From NCBI GenBank assembly GCA_023261815.1, contig JALNKA010000003.1, positions 27,725-91,724 of the forward strand: a stretch of 64,000 nucleotides of DNA, written 5' to 3'. The notes below the pieces were generated by a model. The model did not search any database, had not been told where the DNA came from, and saw only the letters and a list, made by a program, of their open reading frames with translations. Position numbers and translations under genes: made by a program. Within the stretch, counting starts at the first letter, position 1; the number at the start of each line of letters is the position of its first letter. Source of the DNA: Candidatus Wolframiiraptor sinensis. Lineage in GTDB: Archaea; Thermoproteota; Nitrososphaeria_A; Caldarchaeales; Wolframiiraptoraceae. This document shows positions 20,117 to 29,816 of the stretch, piece by piece.

Positions 20117-20760
20117 AGCTCGGTCAATCGCTGAAGCTTCCTCATCCTCAATATCTTTTCCGCCTTCTTCAAGTCCTGGGGGGTTGAAACCCTGAAAAAC
20201 ATCCCAAGCTTATCATCGAATATCCTAAGGCTCATGCTCGAGAGGTAAATCGCGCCCCCGATCCTCCTAATCGCTTCATCCATCGCCACGCCGGGATTAG
20301 AGCTGAAGAACTCCCTGATGGGCTTCGTCTGATAAGATGCCATCGAGTATATCGTGTTCCTCGAGGGGGATTTAGGGAGAACGGCCTTGAACTTCTTAGA
20401 GCACTCGAGGAGAAATGTTGCAAAATCCTTCGTGATCAGGGGAGCATTTCCCGGAAGTATGAGCATCCTGTCGCCTTGAACATTCTCAACGACGAACTCT
20501 ATCAGTACTCTATCATTAACAACCCGCTCTTTAAACCCGATGATCTCGGCGAGATACTTCTCAGCAATCTCACTGTACTCCTTCGGGTCATCGCATTCGC
20601 CCACGAGTATAGCTAACTCCTCGACATCATCCGGAACAGCGTCTAGGACATGCTCAATCATGGGCTTACCAGCGATCCTCGCCAAGCCAAGCTCACGCCT
20701 ACCCGACCTATCAATTCCAACATAAACCACGGCGGAAGCCCTATCCATGAAGCCTCCCAT
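20113..20760 (-). CDS. MobA-like NTP transferase family protein (divergent)
   Basis: I.GKPMIEHV, P.I, F..V.TPQDL.KAE. Confidence 0.6.
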   Translation of the reverse strand: MGGFMDRASAVVYVGIDRSGRRELGLARIAGKPMIEHVLDAVPDDVEELAILVGECDDPKEYSEIAEKYLAEIIGFKERVVNDRVLIEFVVENVQGDRMLILPGNAPLITKDFATFLLECSKKFKAVLPKSPSRNTIYSMASYQTKPIREFFSSNPGVAMDEAIRRIGGAIYLSSMSLRIFDDKLGMFFRVSTPQDLKKAEKILRMRKLQRLTEL

Positions 20761-20888
20761 TTACAGCCTATCATCCAATGGTGGAATGTATTAATTGTTA
20801 CGCGCTCTAAGGGTCTCGGATCAGGCTGATCTTTCCATTGAACTGCTTATATTTAAGCCACGCGATAATTTTTATTTCTTGATGGTTC

Positions 20889-22443
20889 ATGGGGCGAGCC
20901 TCTCTTTCTCGGAACAGATGTTGGGACTTTCGGGACTAAGAGCTGCATCGTGGATGCTTCTGGGAGAATTTTGGCGACATCTTTCGTCGAGTCGGATATC
21001 CTGATTCCCAACCCGGGATGGGCGGAGCAGTGGCCCGACGTATGGTGGGATGCCTATGTAAAGAGCATCCACGGTGTTCTTCAAGCGGCCAAAGTCGATC
21101 CAGCAGATATCATCGGGATCTCGATAAGTGGCCTCTTCTCGGGAGCCGGGGTGCCCGTTGATAAGGAGTTCAAGCCGATACGCCCCGCGATCATCTGGAT
21201 GGATAGAAGAGCTGTCGAGGAGTGCGAGTGGATTAAGAGGGAGATAGGGGAGGACGTCATCTTCAAGAAAACTGGGAATGTCATCGACCCGTATTATGGT
21301 TTTCCGAAGATCCTGTGGATAAAGAGGCATGAGCCGAAGAACTGGGAGAGGATACATAAGCTCATGACGATATATGGGTACATAATCTACAAGCTCACGG
21401 GCGTTAACTGCATAGACCACTCGAGCGCCGGCAACATAGGCGGGATCTACGACATTCACAAAAGAGACTGGGCCGAGGACTTAATGGAGGAGATGGGGAT
21501 TCCGAGGGACTTCTTCCCGGAAGAGATAAACTGCTCGAAGGATGTGGTCGGCGAGATCACGGAGGAGGGAGCTAAGGCGACGGGTCTCAAGAAGGGGACG
21601 CAGGTCGTAGCGGGCGGAATAGACGCCCCGATGTCGGCGCTCAGCGTAACCGCCCTAAACGATGGAGACCTGACGTCTATGATCGGGACATCAATGTGCA
21701 ACGGCGTCATCCAAGATGAGCTCAGGCTCTCGAAGAAGATCGTAACCCTGCCGCACGTGGCATATGATCTGCAGAAGGTTTACTCGCACTCGGGAATAGC
21801 TACCGCCGGCGCGATAGTCCGGTAGTTTAAGGACATGCTATCGCAGCACGAGAAGATCGTCGCGGAGAGCTCCGGCGTATCGGCCTACATGCTGCTGGAT
21901 AAGATGGCGGAGAAGATTCCCCCGGGAGCGGATGGCCTCATCTTCACGCCCCACATGATGGTCGGCGAGCGAGCGCCCTTCTGGAGCCCGAACATGAGAA
22001 GCTGCCTCTTCGGCCTAAGGATCTCCCATACCAAGGCCCACATCTACAGAGCCTTCCTAGAGGCGGTCGCATACGCTCTCAGAGATAGCATAGAGGTCGC
22101 TCGCGAAGCCGGTATACCGATAAAGAGGATAATCTTGGTGGATGGGGGCGCGAAGTCTCCGATCTGGAGGCAGATAATGGCCGATGTAACCGGGCAGGAG
22201 CTGAGATACGTTGAGCCGGCTCCAGGAGCGCCGCTAGGCGACGCGCTTATAGCTGGCGTGGGAACAGGATACTTGAAATACGAGACGATATACGAGTGGG
22301 TCTCCGTGGAGAATGTGGTGAAGCCGAGCCTGGAGAATACCAGGATATACGACAAATACTATCAGCTCTACAAGAAGGTGCGCGAAAGCCTGATGGAGTG
22401 CTACGATCTCGCCTCTAGAATAATGTCATCAACGCGGCCCTAA
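20889..22443 (+). pseudogene. FGGY-family carbohydrate kinase (xylulokinase-like), disrupted
   Basis: LFLGTDVGT.GTK, GWAEQ, W.DRR, GERAP and DGGAKS motifs; ATG at 20889 is out of frame (+1 G); internal TAG at 21823-21825 replaces a conserved Trp (paralog reads RWFRD). Confidence 0.85.
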
Positions 22444-22590
22444 GGGTATCTTTTCCCAAATTTATCTTTCTCAGCCCTCTTTGAAGCCCCGCATAGTATC
22501 CTCGAAATTCTTCTGGAATTCTCCTCGTCTTATCCATGAAGGAGATTCTGCAAAGCTCTAAATAGGTAGCGATGCGTGAGGGGCGGTTGA

Positions 22591-23235
22591 GTGGTCATAA
22601 TGAGGTTTTGGGAGCTGTTTCGGCGCGAGAGCCCTCAGCCTCAGCAGCAGAGAAGCCTAACGCTGAGCCCTAGAATAAACGACGTCATAATTCAGCTTAG
22701 AGTACAGTCGGAGAAGCTTAAGAGGGCTTATCAGAGGCTCGTAGCCAGGGATAGAGAGCTCTTCGAGGCATGCGTGACGGCGGAGCAGGAGCTGGATAGG
22801 GATCGAGCAACGATATACGCTAACGAGATAGCTCAGCTTCGCAGAATGAGCAGAACTATCTTGAGAAGCCAGATCTCACTCGAGAAGGTGATCCTCAGGC
22901 TGGAGACGATAAAGGACTTCGGGGACGTCATGAATGTCCTAGCGCCCGCCACGAGAATAATCAAGCAGATACAGACGGATCTCTCGGGAATAGTCCCGGA
23001 GGTCGCCCACAACTTGGAGGTGATCGATGAGATGCTCGAGGGCTTGATGGTTGAGGCCGGGAACTTCACTGGAGCCATAACCTCTGTGACGGTCGCTGAT
23101 AGAGAGGCTAGAAGGATCTTAGAGGAAGCCGCGGAGATCGCCGCTCAGCGGATGAGTAAGCAGTTCCCAGAGTTGCCAGAGCTGGGCTCCGAGGCGGCGG
23201 AGAACTATAAGTCCCAGACGTCAAATACGCCGTAA
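22591..23235 (+). CDS. ESCRT-III / Snf7-family cell division protein (CdvB-like)
   Basis: Coiled coil; RA.IYANEIA.LR, LE...LRLETI..FGD, A..ILEEA, P.LP tail. Confidence 0.88.
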   Translation: MVIMRFWELFRRESPQPQQQRSLTLSPRINDVIIQLRVQSEKLKRAYQRLVARDRELFEACVTAEQELDRDRATIYANEIAQLRRMSRTILRSQISLEKVILRLETIKDFGDVMNVLAPATRIIKQIQTDLSGIVPEVAHNLEVIDEMLEGLMVEAGNFTGAITSVTVADREARRILEEAAEIAAQRMSKQFPELPELGSEAAENYKSQTSNTP

Positions 23236-23268
23236 AAGGCTCGCTAAAGGCAGAATAAGGAGGACATG

Positions 23269-23965
23269 TTAAGGCTGCTTGGCTGGCCGCTGACCATACC
23301 TTTTTTTCTTGAATTCTCTCATATACTCTATGTCGGCTTCCGTGAGCTCCTCGGGTTTTCCGAGGAGAAGCGCGAAGATCGCTGATTTCGCGAGCTCCTC
23401 GACAACAACGGCGTTATCTAGGGCCTCCTCGTAGCTCACCCCATAGGTGATGACGCCATGCTTTCTCAGTAAGGCGACCTTGCTCCTTCTAAGAGCCTCG
23501 ACAATGCTCTCCAGCTCATCCATCTTCGTCGTCCCAGGATACGAGTAGTTTCTAACAACTGGCACCCTTCCCTCGAATGCGTGCGCCTGCTCGGTTGTCA
23601 GGCACGGTATATCTATCTCCAGTATGGCGAAGACTGTGGCCATGGGCGAGTGCGTATGAACAACGCATTTAGCCTCGGGAATTCTTTTATGGACGTAAAC
23701 GTGCATGGGGGTCTCGCTCGATGGCCTAAGCTTTCCCTGAACAACCTCCCCCATCCAAGTTCACCACGACGAGGTTCTCCTTGGCAACCCTCTCCTTGCT
23801 GAAGCCGCTCGGAGTAATGACGACGTAATCGGTATCAGGAATCCTCGCGCTCACTACCCCGAAAGTGCTCTTCACAAGACCCTCTTCAAACAGCTTTCGC
23901 GAAACCATTAAGACGCCCTCCATAACATCATCCAGCACCCTGGAATCCACACTTATCCCACTCAT
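23269..23965 (-). pseudogene. Class II aldolase (fuculose-1-P aldolase/ribulose-5-P epimerase family), frameshifted
   Basis: G.VSAR, ITPSG, PSSE..MH, VVHTHS, L.KHG motifs split across two frames at the C5 run 23748-23752. Confidence 0.82.
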
Positions 23966-24026
23966 TCCAGCATCACTCAATACTACGCTAGTCAGCCGAT
24001 TATAGGGGTTACGCGATCGCGGGCCC

Positions 24027-24042
24027 CGAAAATACTTATATG
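24027..24042 (+). promoter_or_regulatory. BRE/TATA promoter of the 23S rRNA transcription unit
   Basis: CGAAAATACTTATATG about 100 nt before the processing stem. Confidence 0.55.
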
Positions 24043-24131
24043 TAGCTGCGTTAGAAACATGATTGGCACGATGAAGGTTTCCAGCGCGACCGCGCTGGAA
24101 ATCGGATGCGGGAGGACGCTCAGCTCGATGA

Positions 24132-24180
24132 CCGCGCTCATAGGCCTCGAGACACCGCCTACTGGATGGTAAGTGCCCCT
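24132..24180 (+). other. 5' strand of the 23S pre-rRNA processing stem (BHB)
   Basis: Pairs with 28033-28086; CGCC/GGCG 4-bp helix with TAC and AAA bulges. Confidence 0.85.
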
Positions 24181-25077
24181 GGACCCGAGTACGCCGGCCG
24201 GTGGATGCCTCGGCTCGGGCGCCGAGGAAGGACGTGGCAAGCTGCGAAAAGCCCCGGGTAGCCGCAGGCGGGCGTTGATCCGGGGATCTCCGAATGGGAT
24301 CTCCTAGAGACCGAGGTTTACGCCTCGGTCTCTGATCCCGGGTCCCCAAAGGGCCTGGGATCGGGAACCCCCCGAACGGAAACATCCAAGTAGGGGGAGG
24401 AGAAGAAACCAAAATGGGATTCCCCGAGTACCGGCGAGGGAAAGGGGAGGAGCCCAAACCGAACCCGCGGGGGATAACTCCGCGGGGATGTGGGGTGATG
24501 GGCCCGGGGCCCACCCCAGCCCACCGACCCGAAGTGCCCTGGAATGGGCCGCCGTAGAGGGTGATAGCCCCGTAGGGGAAGGTGGGAGGGGTGATGCCCG
24601 GGTCCCCGAGTACCGCACCCCGGATAGGGTGCGGGAAGTTGGGGGTCATCGGCCTCCAAGGCTAAATACGTCCCGAGACCGATAGCGCACCAGTAGCGTG
24701 AGCGAAAGGTGAAAAGTACCCCGGGAGGGGGGTGAAAAGCGCCTGAAACCGGCCGGTAACAGACGTGGGCGGCCCCCAAGGGCAATCCCTCCGAAGACTC
24801 CTCACCATGGGGGTCGAGGGGGGATACCGGGGTCGCCCGCTCCGTCTTGAAACACGGGCCGGGGAGTGCACGGCCGTGGCGAGCCTAAGGGCTCACCAAG
24901 GCCCGTAGGCGTAGGGAAACCGACTAGCCCGCAGGAGGGCATTATGCCCTCCGAGGGGCGGGGTCCCATAAGGGCCTGAAGTCACGGCCGTGCGGCTAGA
25001 AACCGGGCGATCTACCCCTGGGCAGGGCGAAGCCGGGGGAAACCCCGGTGGAGGCCCGTAAGGGGTCCTGACGTGCA

Positions 25078-25289
25078 AGGGCGGCCGCCCAAATTTGCTC
25101 CTCAGTAAAAAGAGGGATTATAGGGATTATTATGGGACTGTGAATAAAGCAATGCTTAGTTGCTTCTCGTTAATGATCTTTATCCCCGGATGCCTTGTTA
25201 CCTCGAAAAGCTTCAGGTGGAGGGGTCATATGAAGAATGAAGTCCTGAATCTCATGCTGACAATTATGCTGGGTTGGCCGCCCCACGAG
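25078..25289 (+). other. Archaeal BHB intron 1 in 23S rRNA (~212 nt, no intact endonuclease ORF)
   Basis: Interrupts GACGTGCA|ATTCG; CGTG/CACG helix with CAA and AGA bulges; GGGCGGCC/GGCCGCCC terminal stem; AT-rich interior. Confidence 0.88.
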
Positions 25290-26464
25290 ATTCGGTCCCC
25301 TGACCTGGGGGTAGGGGCTAAAGACCAATCAAGCCCGGTGATAGCTAGTTCCCCCCGAAGTGTCTCGCAGGACAGCCCCGGGCGAGGCCGCCCAGGGGGT
25401 AGAGCACCGATAGGGGGGTAAGGGCTCGAAAGGGCCCGCCTCCCTTTCGAACTCCGAATCCCTGGGCGCCGTAGACCCCGGGAGTGGGGGGCGGGGGGTA
25501 AGCTCCTGCCCCGAGAGGGGAACAACCCGGACCTGGGGTTAAGGCCCCTAAGTGCCCGCTAAGTGAACAAACCGAAGGGCGTCTCCCGCCTAAGACAGCG
25601 GGGAGGTAAGCTTAGAAGCAGCTATCCTCTAAGGAACGCGTAACAGCGCACCCGCCGAGGCGGGGGGCCCCGAAAATTGACGGGTCTAAGCGGGCCGCCG
25701 AAACCCCGGGTCACCCGGTAGATGCCGGGTGGCGGTAGGGGGGCGTAGGGGCTGGGTAGAAGCCGGGCCGTGAGGTCCGGTGGACCGGCCCCTAATGCAG
25801 ATCCCGGTGGTAGTAACAGCGATAGAGGGGTGAGAATCCCCTCCGCCGTAGGGGCAAGGGTTCCCCGGCAATGGTCGTCAGCCGGGGGTAAGCCGGTCCT
25901 AAGGCCGACCTTAACCGGGTAGGCCGAAAGGGAAACCGGTTAAGATTCCGGTGCCACGGGGGTAGGTGCGGCAACGCAAGCCCGCCTCCTGACGCCTCGG
26001 GGTAGGCCGAGCCGGGCCGTAGCCCGGTCCAACCGCATAAGCCCGGGGAGTGCCGTAATGGCGAGAACCGGGTGAAGGCGGGATGGGGCCCCCGTATGGG
26101 GGCTTCGGCTGAGCCCTGGGGCCGGTGAAAAGGGAGGCGGGAACGAGCCCCCGTGACCGTACCAAGAACCGACACTGGTGCCCCTAGGTGAGGAGCCTAA
26201 GGCGTCTGGGGGTACTCCGGGCGAGGGAACTCGGCAAATTAGCCCCGTACCCTCGGTAGAAGGGGTGCCTGCGGTCTTGGGCCGCGAGCCTGGGACCGCA
26301 GGTCGCAGTGACAAGGGGGTCCCGACTGTTTAATAAAAACATAGGGAGCCGCGAGACCGAAAGGTTGTGAACGGCTCCTCAATCCTGGCCAGTGGGGGTC
26401 CCTGAACCCCGGGTCCAACCGGGATAAGGGCCCCTAAACGCCGGGAGTAACTCTGACTCTCTTA

Positions 26465-27027
26465 ACGGGGACCTGCCCACGGTTAAGGTATAAATTCCTG
26501 GCCATCAATTGATGGCCAGATTATGAGTAACGTGTTCGAGAAAGGCTACATAAGCGGCTTAATAGATGCGGAAGCTAGCTTTTCAGGTAAGCATAAAACT
26601 CCAGCCTGATTTGCATTGCAAAGTCCGCGTTGACCCCGTCTTCAGCATAACGCAAAGAAACAAAAACGTGCTAAAGATGGTTCAGAGAGTTCTTGGCTGT
26701 GGTAGAATAACGCGAAAACCAGGCCAAAGACATCTCTGGATGCTAATTGTGGATAACCTCGATGAGCTTTCCCAAAGATTGATTCCAGCATTAGATGAGC
26801 TCAAGCTGGTAGCAAAAAAGCCCGCATACAACTGCTTTCGCGAGATCGTTCTCAAGCTTGCTAGAGGCAAATATTCGCTCACCTGTAAGGAGGTTAAAGA
26901 GCTGGTGATCATGGCTTACAGGTTATCAAAGCTGAATCTAAAATCCACTCGTAAGAGATCTCTTGATGAAATTCTATCTCTAATCCCGAATTCGGATGAT
27001 TATGAAGTGGGTAAGGCCCCGGGAGAA
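26465..27027 (+). other. Archaeal BHB intron 2 in 23S rRNA (563 nt, ~L1927 site)
   Basis: Interrupts CTCTTA|AGGTAG; CTCT/GGAG helix with TAA and AAA bulges; CGGGG/CCCCG terminal stem. Confidence 0.93.
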
Positions 27028-27033
27028 AGGTAG
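26523..27033 (+). pseudogene. Intron-encoded single-motif LAGLIDADG endonuclease with +1 frameshift
   Basis: MSNVFEKGYISGLIDAEASF, then VSIKLQ...DPVFSITQ...LGCGRI continues in another frame after ~26585. Confidence 0.85.
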
Positions 27034-27615
27034 CCAAATGCCTTGTCGGGTAAGTTCCGACGTGCATGAATGGATCAACGAGGGCCCCGCTGTCCCCGCC
27101 CGGAACCCCGTGAACCCACGTAACCTGGATGCATAGTCCAGGGGCCCCCGGCGGGGAGAGAAGTCCCTGTGGAGCTTTACTGCAGCCTGTCGCTGCGGTG
27201 CGGCTGGGGGTGCAGAGCGTAGCCGGGAGCCGTCGATCCCAGCCTCTCCGGGGGCTGGGGGAGGCGTCGATGTAACACCGGCCACCTCCGGCTGCGCCGC
27301 TAACCAGGGCCTGAGCCCTGGGACAACGGCAGGTGGGCAGTTTGGCTGGGGCGGCACCCCCTCGAAAAGGTATCGAGGGGGCCCAAAGGTCGGCTCAGGC
27401 GGGACAGAAACCCGCCGTAGAGTGCAAGGGCAAAAGCCGGCCTGACTGCGCCCTTGAACGTAAGGGGCGCAGGGGGGAAACCCGGGCCTAGCGATCCATC
27501 GCCTCCCACCGGTGGGGGGCGGTGGTGACAGAAAAGTTACCCCAGGGATAACAGGCTCGTCGCGGGCGAGAGTCCCCATCGACCCCGCGGCTTGGTACAT
27601 CGATGTCGGCTCTTC

Positions 27616-27647
<32 letters not shown>

Positions 27648-27660
27648 CGCCTGTTCGGCG

Positions 27661-27692
<32 letters not shown>

Positions 27693-28032
27693 CCGTGAGG
27701 CAGGTCGGATTCTACCTGCCGGGGGCGGTGGCCGCCTGAGGGGAAGGCGCTCCTAGTACGAGAGGAACGGAGCGCCGGGGCCAACGGGGTACCGGTCCTC
27801 CTACAGGGGGGCGCCGGGCACCCGCGCCCCAGCGGATAAGGGCTGAAAGCATCTAAGCCCGAAGCCGCTCCCGAGACTAGGCGGCCAATCGGGGGCCATG
27901 GGGCCCGGCGACGGGCCTCGGCCCTCGACGAGGGCTCCCCTAGAAGAGGGGGTTGATGGGGTGGGGGTGTAAGAGCGGAGGCCTTTGTGCCGGACGCTCT
28001 CAGCCCGCCACTCCCAATCGCCCGAGGGGTCC

Positions 28033-28086
28033 TTCACGGGGCGCTTACCATCCAGGCGAAAGTGTCTCGAGGCGCTATGAGCGCGG
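28033..28086 (+). other. 3' strand of the 23S pre-rRNA processing stem
   Basis: CTTACCATCCA-GGCG-AAA-GTGTCTCGAGGC..CTATGAGCGCGG complementary to 24132-24180. Confidence 0.85.
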
Positions 28087-28154
28087 CTTCAAGCAGATTC
28101 TCCGGGTTTTCGAAAGTTTTTTAAGAGCCTAGCTCCAAGGTGTGCCGATGGATT

Positions 28155-29186
28155 ATGCTTGCTCTAAGGCTTCATGATAAGGAGGATCTTAGGCTCGAAG
28201 ATGTAGATCTGCCGAGACTCGAGGGGCTTGGCGCGATTCTCAGGGTTAGGGCCACCGGGATCTGCGCTACCGATGTAAAGGCGTACACTACTGGTGCTAG
28301 GACTAGGCTCCCCATAACCCTGGGCCACGAGTTCGCTGGAGAGATCGTCGAGGCGAGCGACGAGTACCGGGAATATATTGGCAGGCGAGTTGTGGTCAAC
28401 CCCAACATTTTCTGCGGCAGATGCGAGTATTGCCTCAGGGGCGAGCACGTCCTATGCCCGAATAGATACGCGATAGGAATTGACGTTGATGGATCCTTCG
28501 CGGAGTATGTCAGGATACCAGATCAAGCATTCAGGGTTGGCGGTGTCTTGGAGATACCCGGTAATCTGAGCTATGAGGAGGCATCATTGATAGAACCTCT
28601 ATCAGCCTGCTTCCGGGGCCAGAGAAAGCTGGGGATAGGCCCCGGCGACATCGTGGCGATAATAGGCGCGGGGCCCATAGGGTTGATGCATCTAAAGCTC
28701 GCTAAGGCTTTCGGCGCTGCGAAGGTGATAATGAATGAGATAGATGATAGGAGGCTTGAGATCGCCGGAAAGCTCGGAGCAGATTACCTGATTAACCCGG
28801 CGAAGGAGGATCTAGAGAAGAGAGTGCACGAGATAACTGGCGGCAGGGGTGCGGACGCGGTCATAGTAGCTGTGGGCGTGGGAGCGGCGCAGAGAGACGC
28901 CCTGAGAATAGTCGCGAGAGGTGGCAGGGTGAACTTTTTCGCAGGCTTACCAGCGGGAAAGGAGGAAATTCCGATAAACACGAACATCATACATTACAAG
29001 CAGATAACTGTGCTGGGCACATCAATGCAGACGCCCTTCGAGTTCAGGAGAGCGCTGGACTTGGTTGCCGCCGGCGTCGTGGATCTCAAGCCGCTGATAA
29101 CCCACGTATTCGGGCTGAATGAAGGCCTAGAAGCATTCTCGACAGCTCTCAGGGGAGAGGGTCTCAAGATTGTAATCAAGCCATAA
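28155..29186 (+). CDS. Zn-dependent polyol/sugar-alcohol dehydrogenase (MDR family)
   Basis: GICATD, GHEFAG, CGRCEYC......C, GAGPIG. Confidence 0.92.
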   Translation: MLALRLHDKEDLRLEDVDLPRLEGLGAILRVRATGICATDVKAYTTGARTRLPITLGHEFAGEIVEASDEYREYIGRRVVVNPNIFCGRCEYCLRGEHVLCPNRYAIGIDVDGSFAEYVRIPDQAFRVGGVLEIPGNLSYEEASLIEPLSACFRGQRKLGIGPGDIVAIIGAGPIGLMHLKLAKAFGAAKVIMNEIDDRRLEIAGKLGADYLINPAKEDLEKRVHEITGGRGADAVIVAVGVGAAQRDALRIVARGGRVNFFAGLPAGKEEIPINTNIIHYKQITVLGTSMQTPFEFRRALDLVAAGVVDLKPLITHVFGLNEGLEAFSTALRGEGLKIVIKP

Positions 29187-29216
29187 AAATCGTGAAAGAT
29201 TTTTGAATGACGTTTT

Positions 29217-29810
29217 TCAGGTTGAGCCGGCGTACTTTGGATTATCGACGATTATTGGTTTGCCCTTCTCCTCCACGACTATCTTTGCAAACCCCTTCTC
29301 CTTCACTATACCATAGTCGTGTCCTGCATCTGATGGATAAGCGAAGAAGAAGATAAACTTGCCCCTCCCGGTGTTTATTGTTCTATGGCCCCAGCCTGGA
29401 GGGACGTAGCCGATGATGCCTGGTCTAAGCTCTACGTAATCCGTCCTGCCATCCTCGCTTTGAATCAGCAGGATTCCCCTACCGCGGATTCCAAGATAGA
29501 ATTCTGCGGCTGGTTTCTGGTGGAAGTGCCCCCTAGTCATGAAGTACTCTTTGCCAACCTTCCCGGGGTAAATTATCGTCAGCCCTAAGGTCATGTGTCC
29601 CACAGCCTCTTCAACGGAGTATTCGTAGTACTCGTATACCACGGGGTCCCGCCCTGATGAGAGAATCCTATCAGCCGCCTCCGGGTTGCTAAAATATTCC
29701 TTTAACTCGCTGAGCCTAACCTCTCTCTTACGCGTGGCAGGATTCATAGTGTATTTCTTTAAATCGAGCTTGACCGCCTTCAGAATCGACTCGGAGTTCA
29801 CCGCACTCAC
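29217..29810 (-). CDS. Cupin-type glucose-6-phosphate isomerase
   Basis: PGKVGKEYFMTRGHFH, E.Y.G..G.G, YVPPGWGHRTIN.G, AGHDY. Confidence 0.9.
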   Translation of the reverse strand: MSAVNSESILKAVKLDLKKYTMNPATRKREVRLSELKEYFSNPEAADRILSSGRDPVVYEYYEYSVEEAVGHMTLGLTIIYPGKVGKEYFMTRGHFHQKPAAEFYLGIRGRGILLIQSEDGRTDYVELRPGIIGYVPPGWGHRTINTGRGKFIFFFAYPSDAGHDYGIVKEKGFAKIVVEEKGKPIIVDNPKYAGST

Positions 29811-29816
29811 CTCGTG

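Noticed and set aside
21823-21825. In-frame TAG as pyrrolysine/readthrough codon
   Set aside because: It aligns to a conserved Trp (TGG->TAG); the gene has a second lesion; no pyl genes are in the window
24306-24333. Strong hairpin near the 23S 5' end as a third intron
   Set aside because: No BHB; fits a variable rRNA helix in domain I
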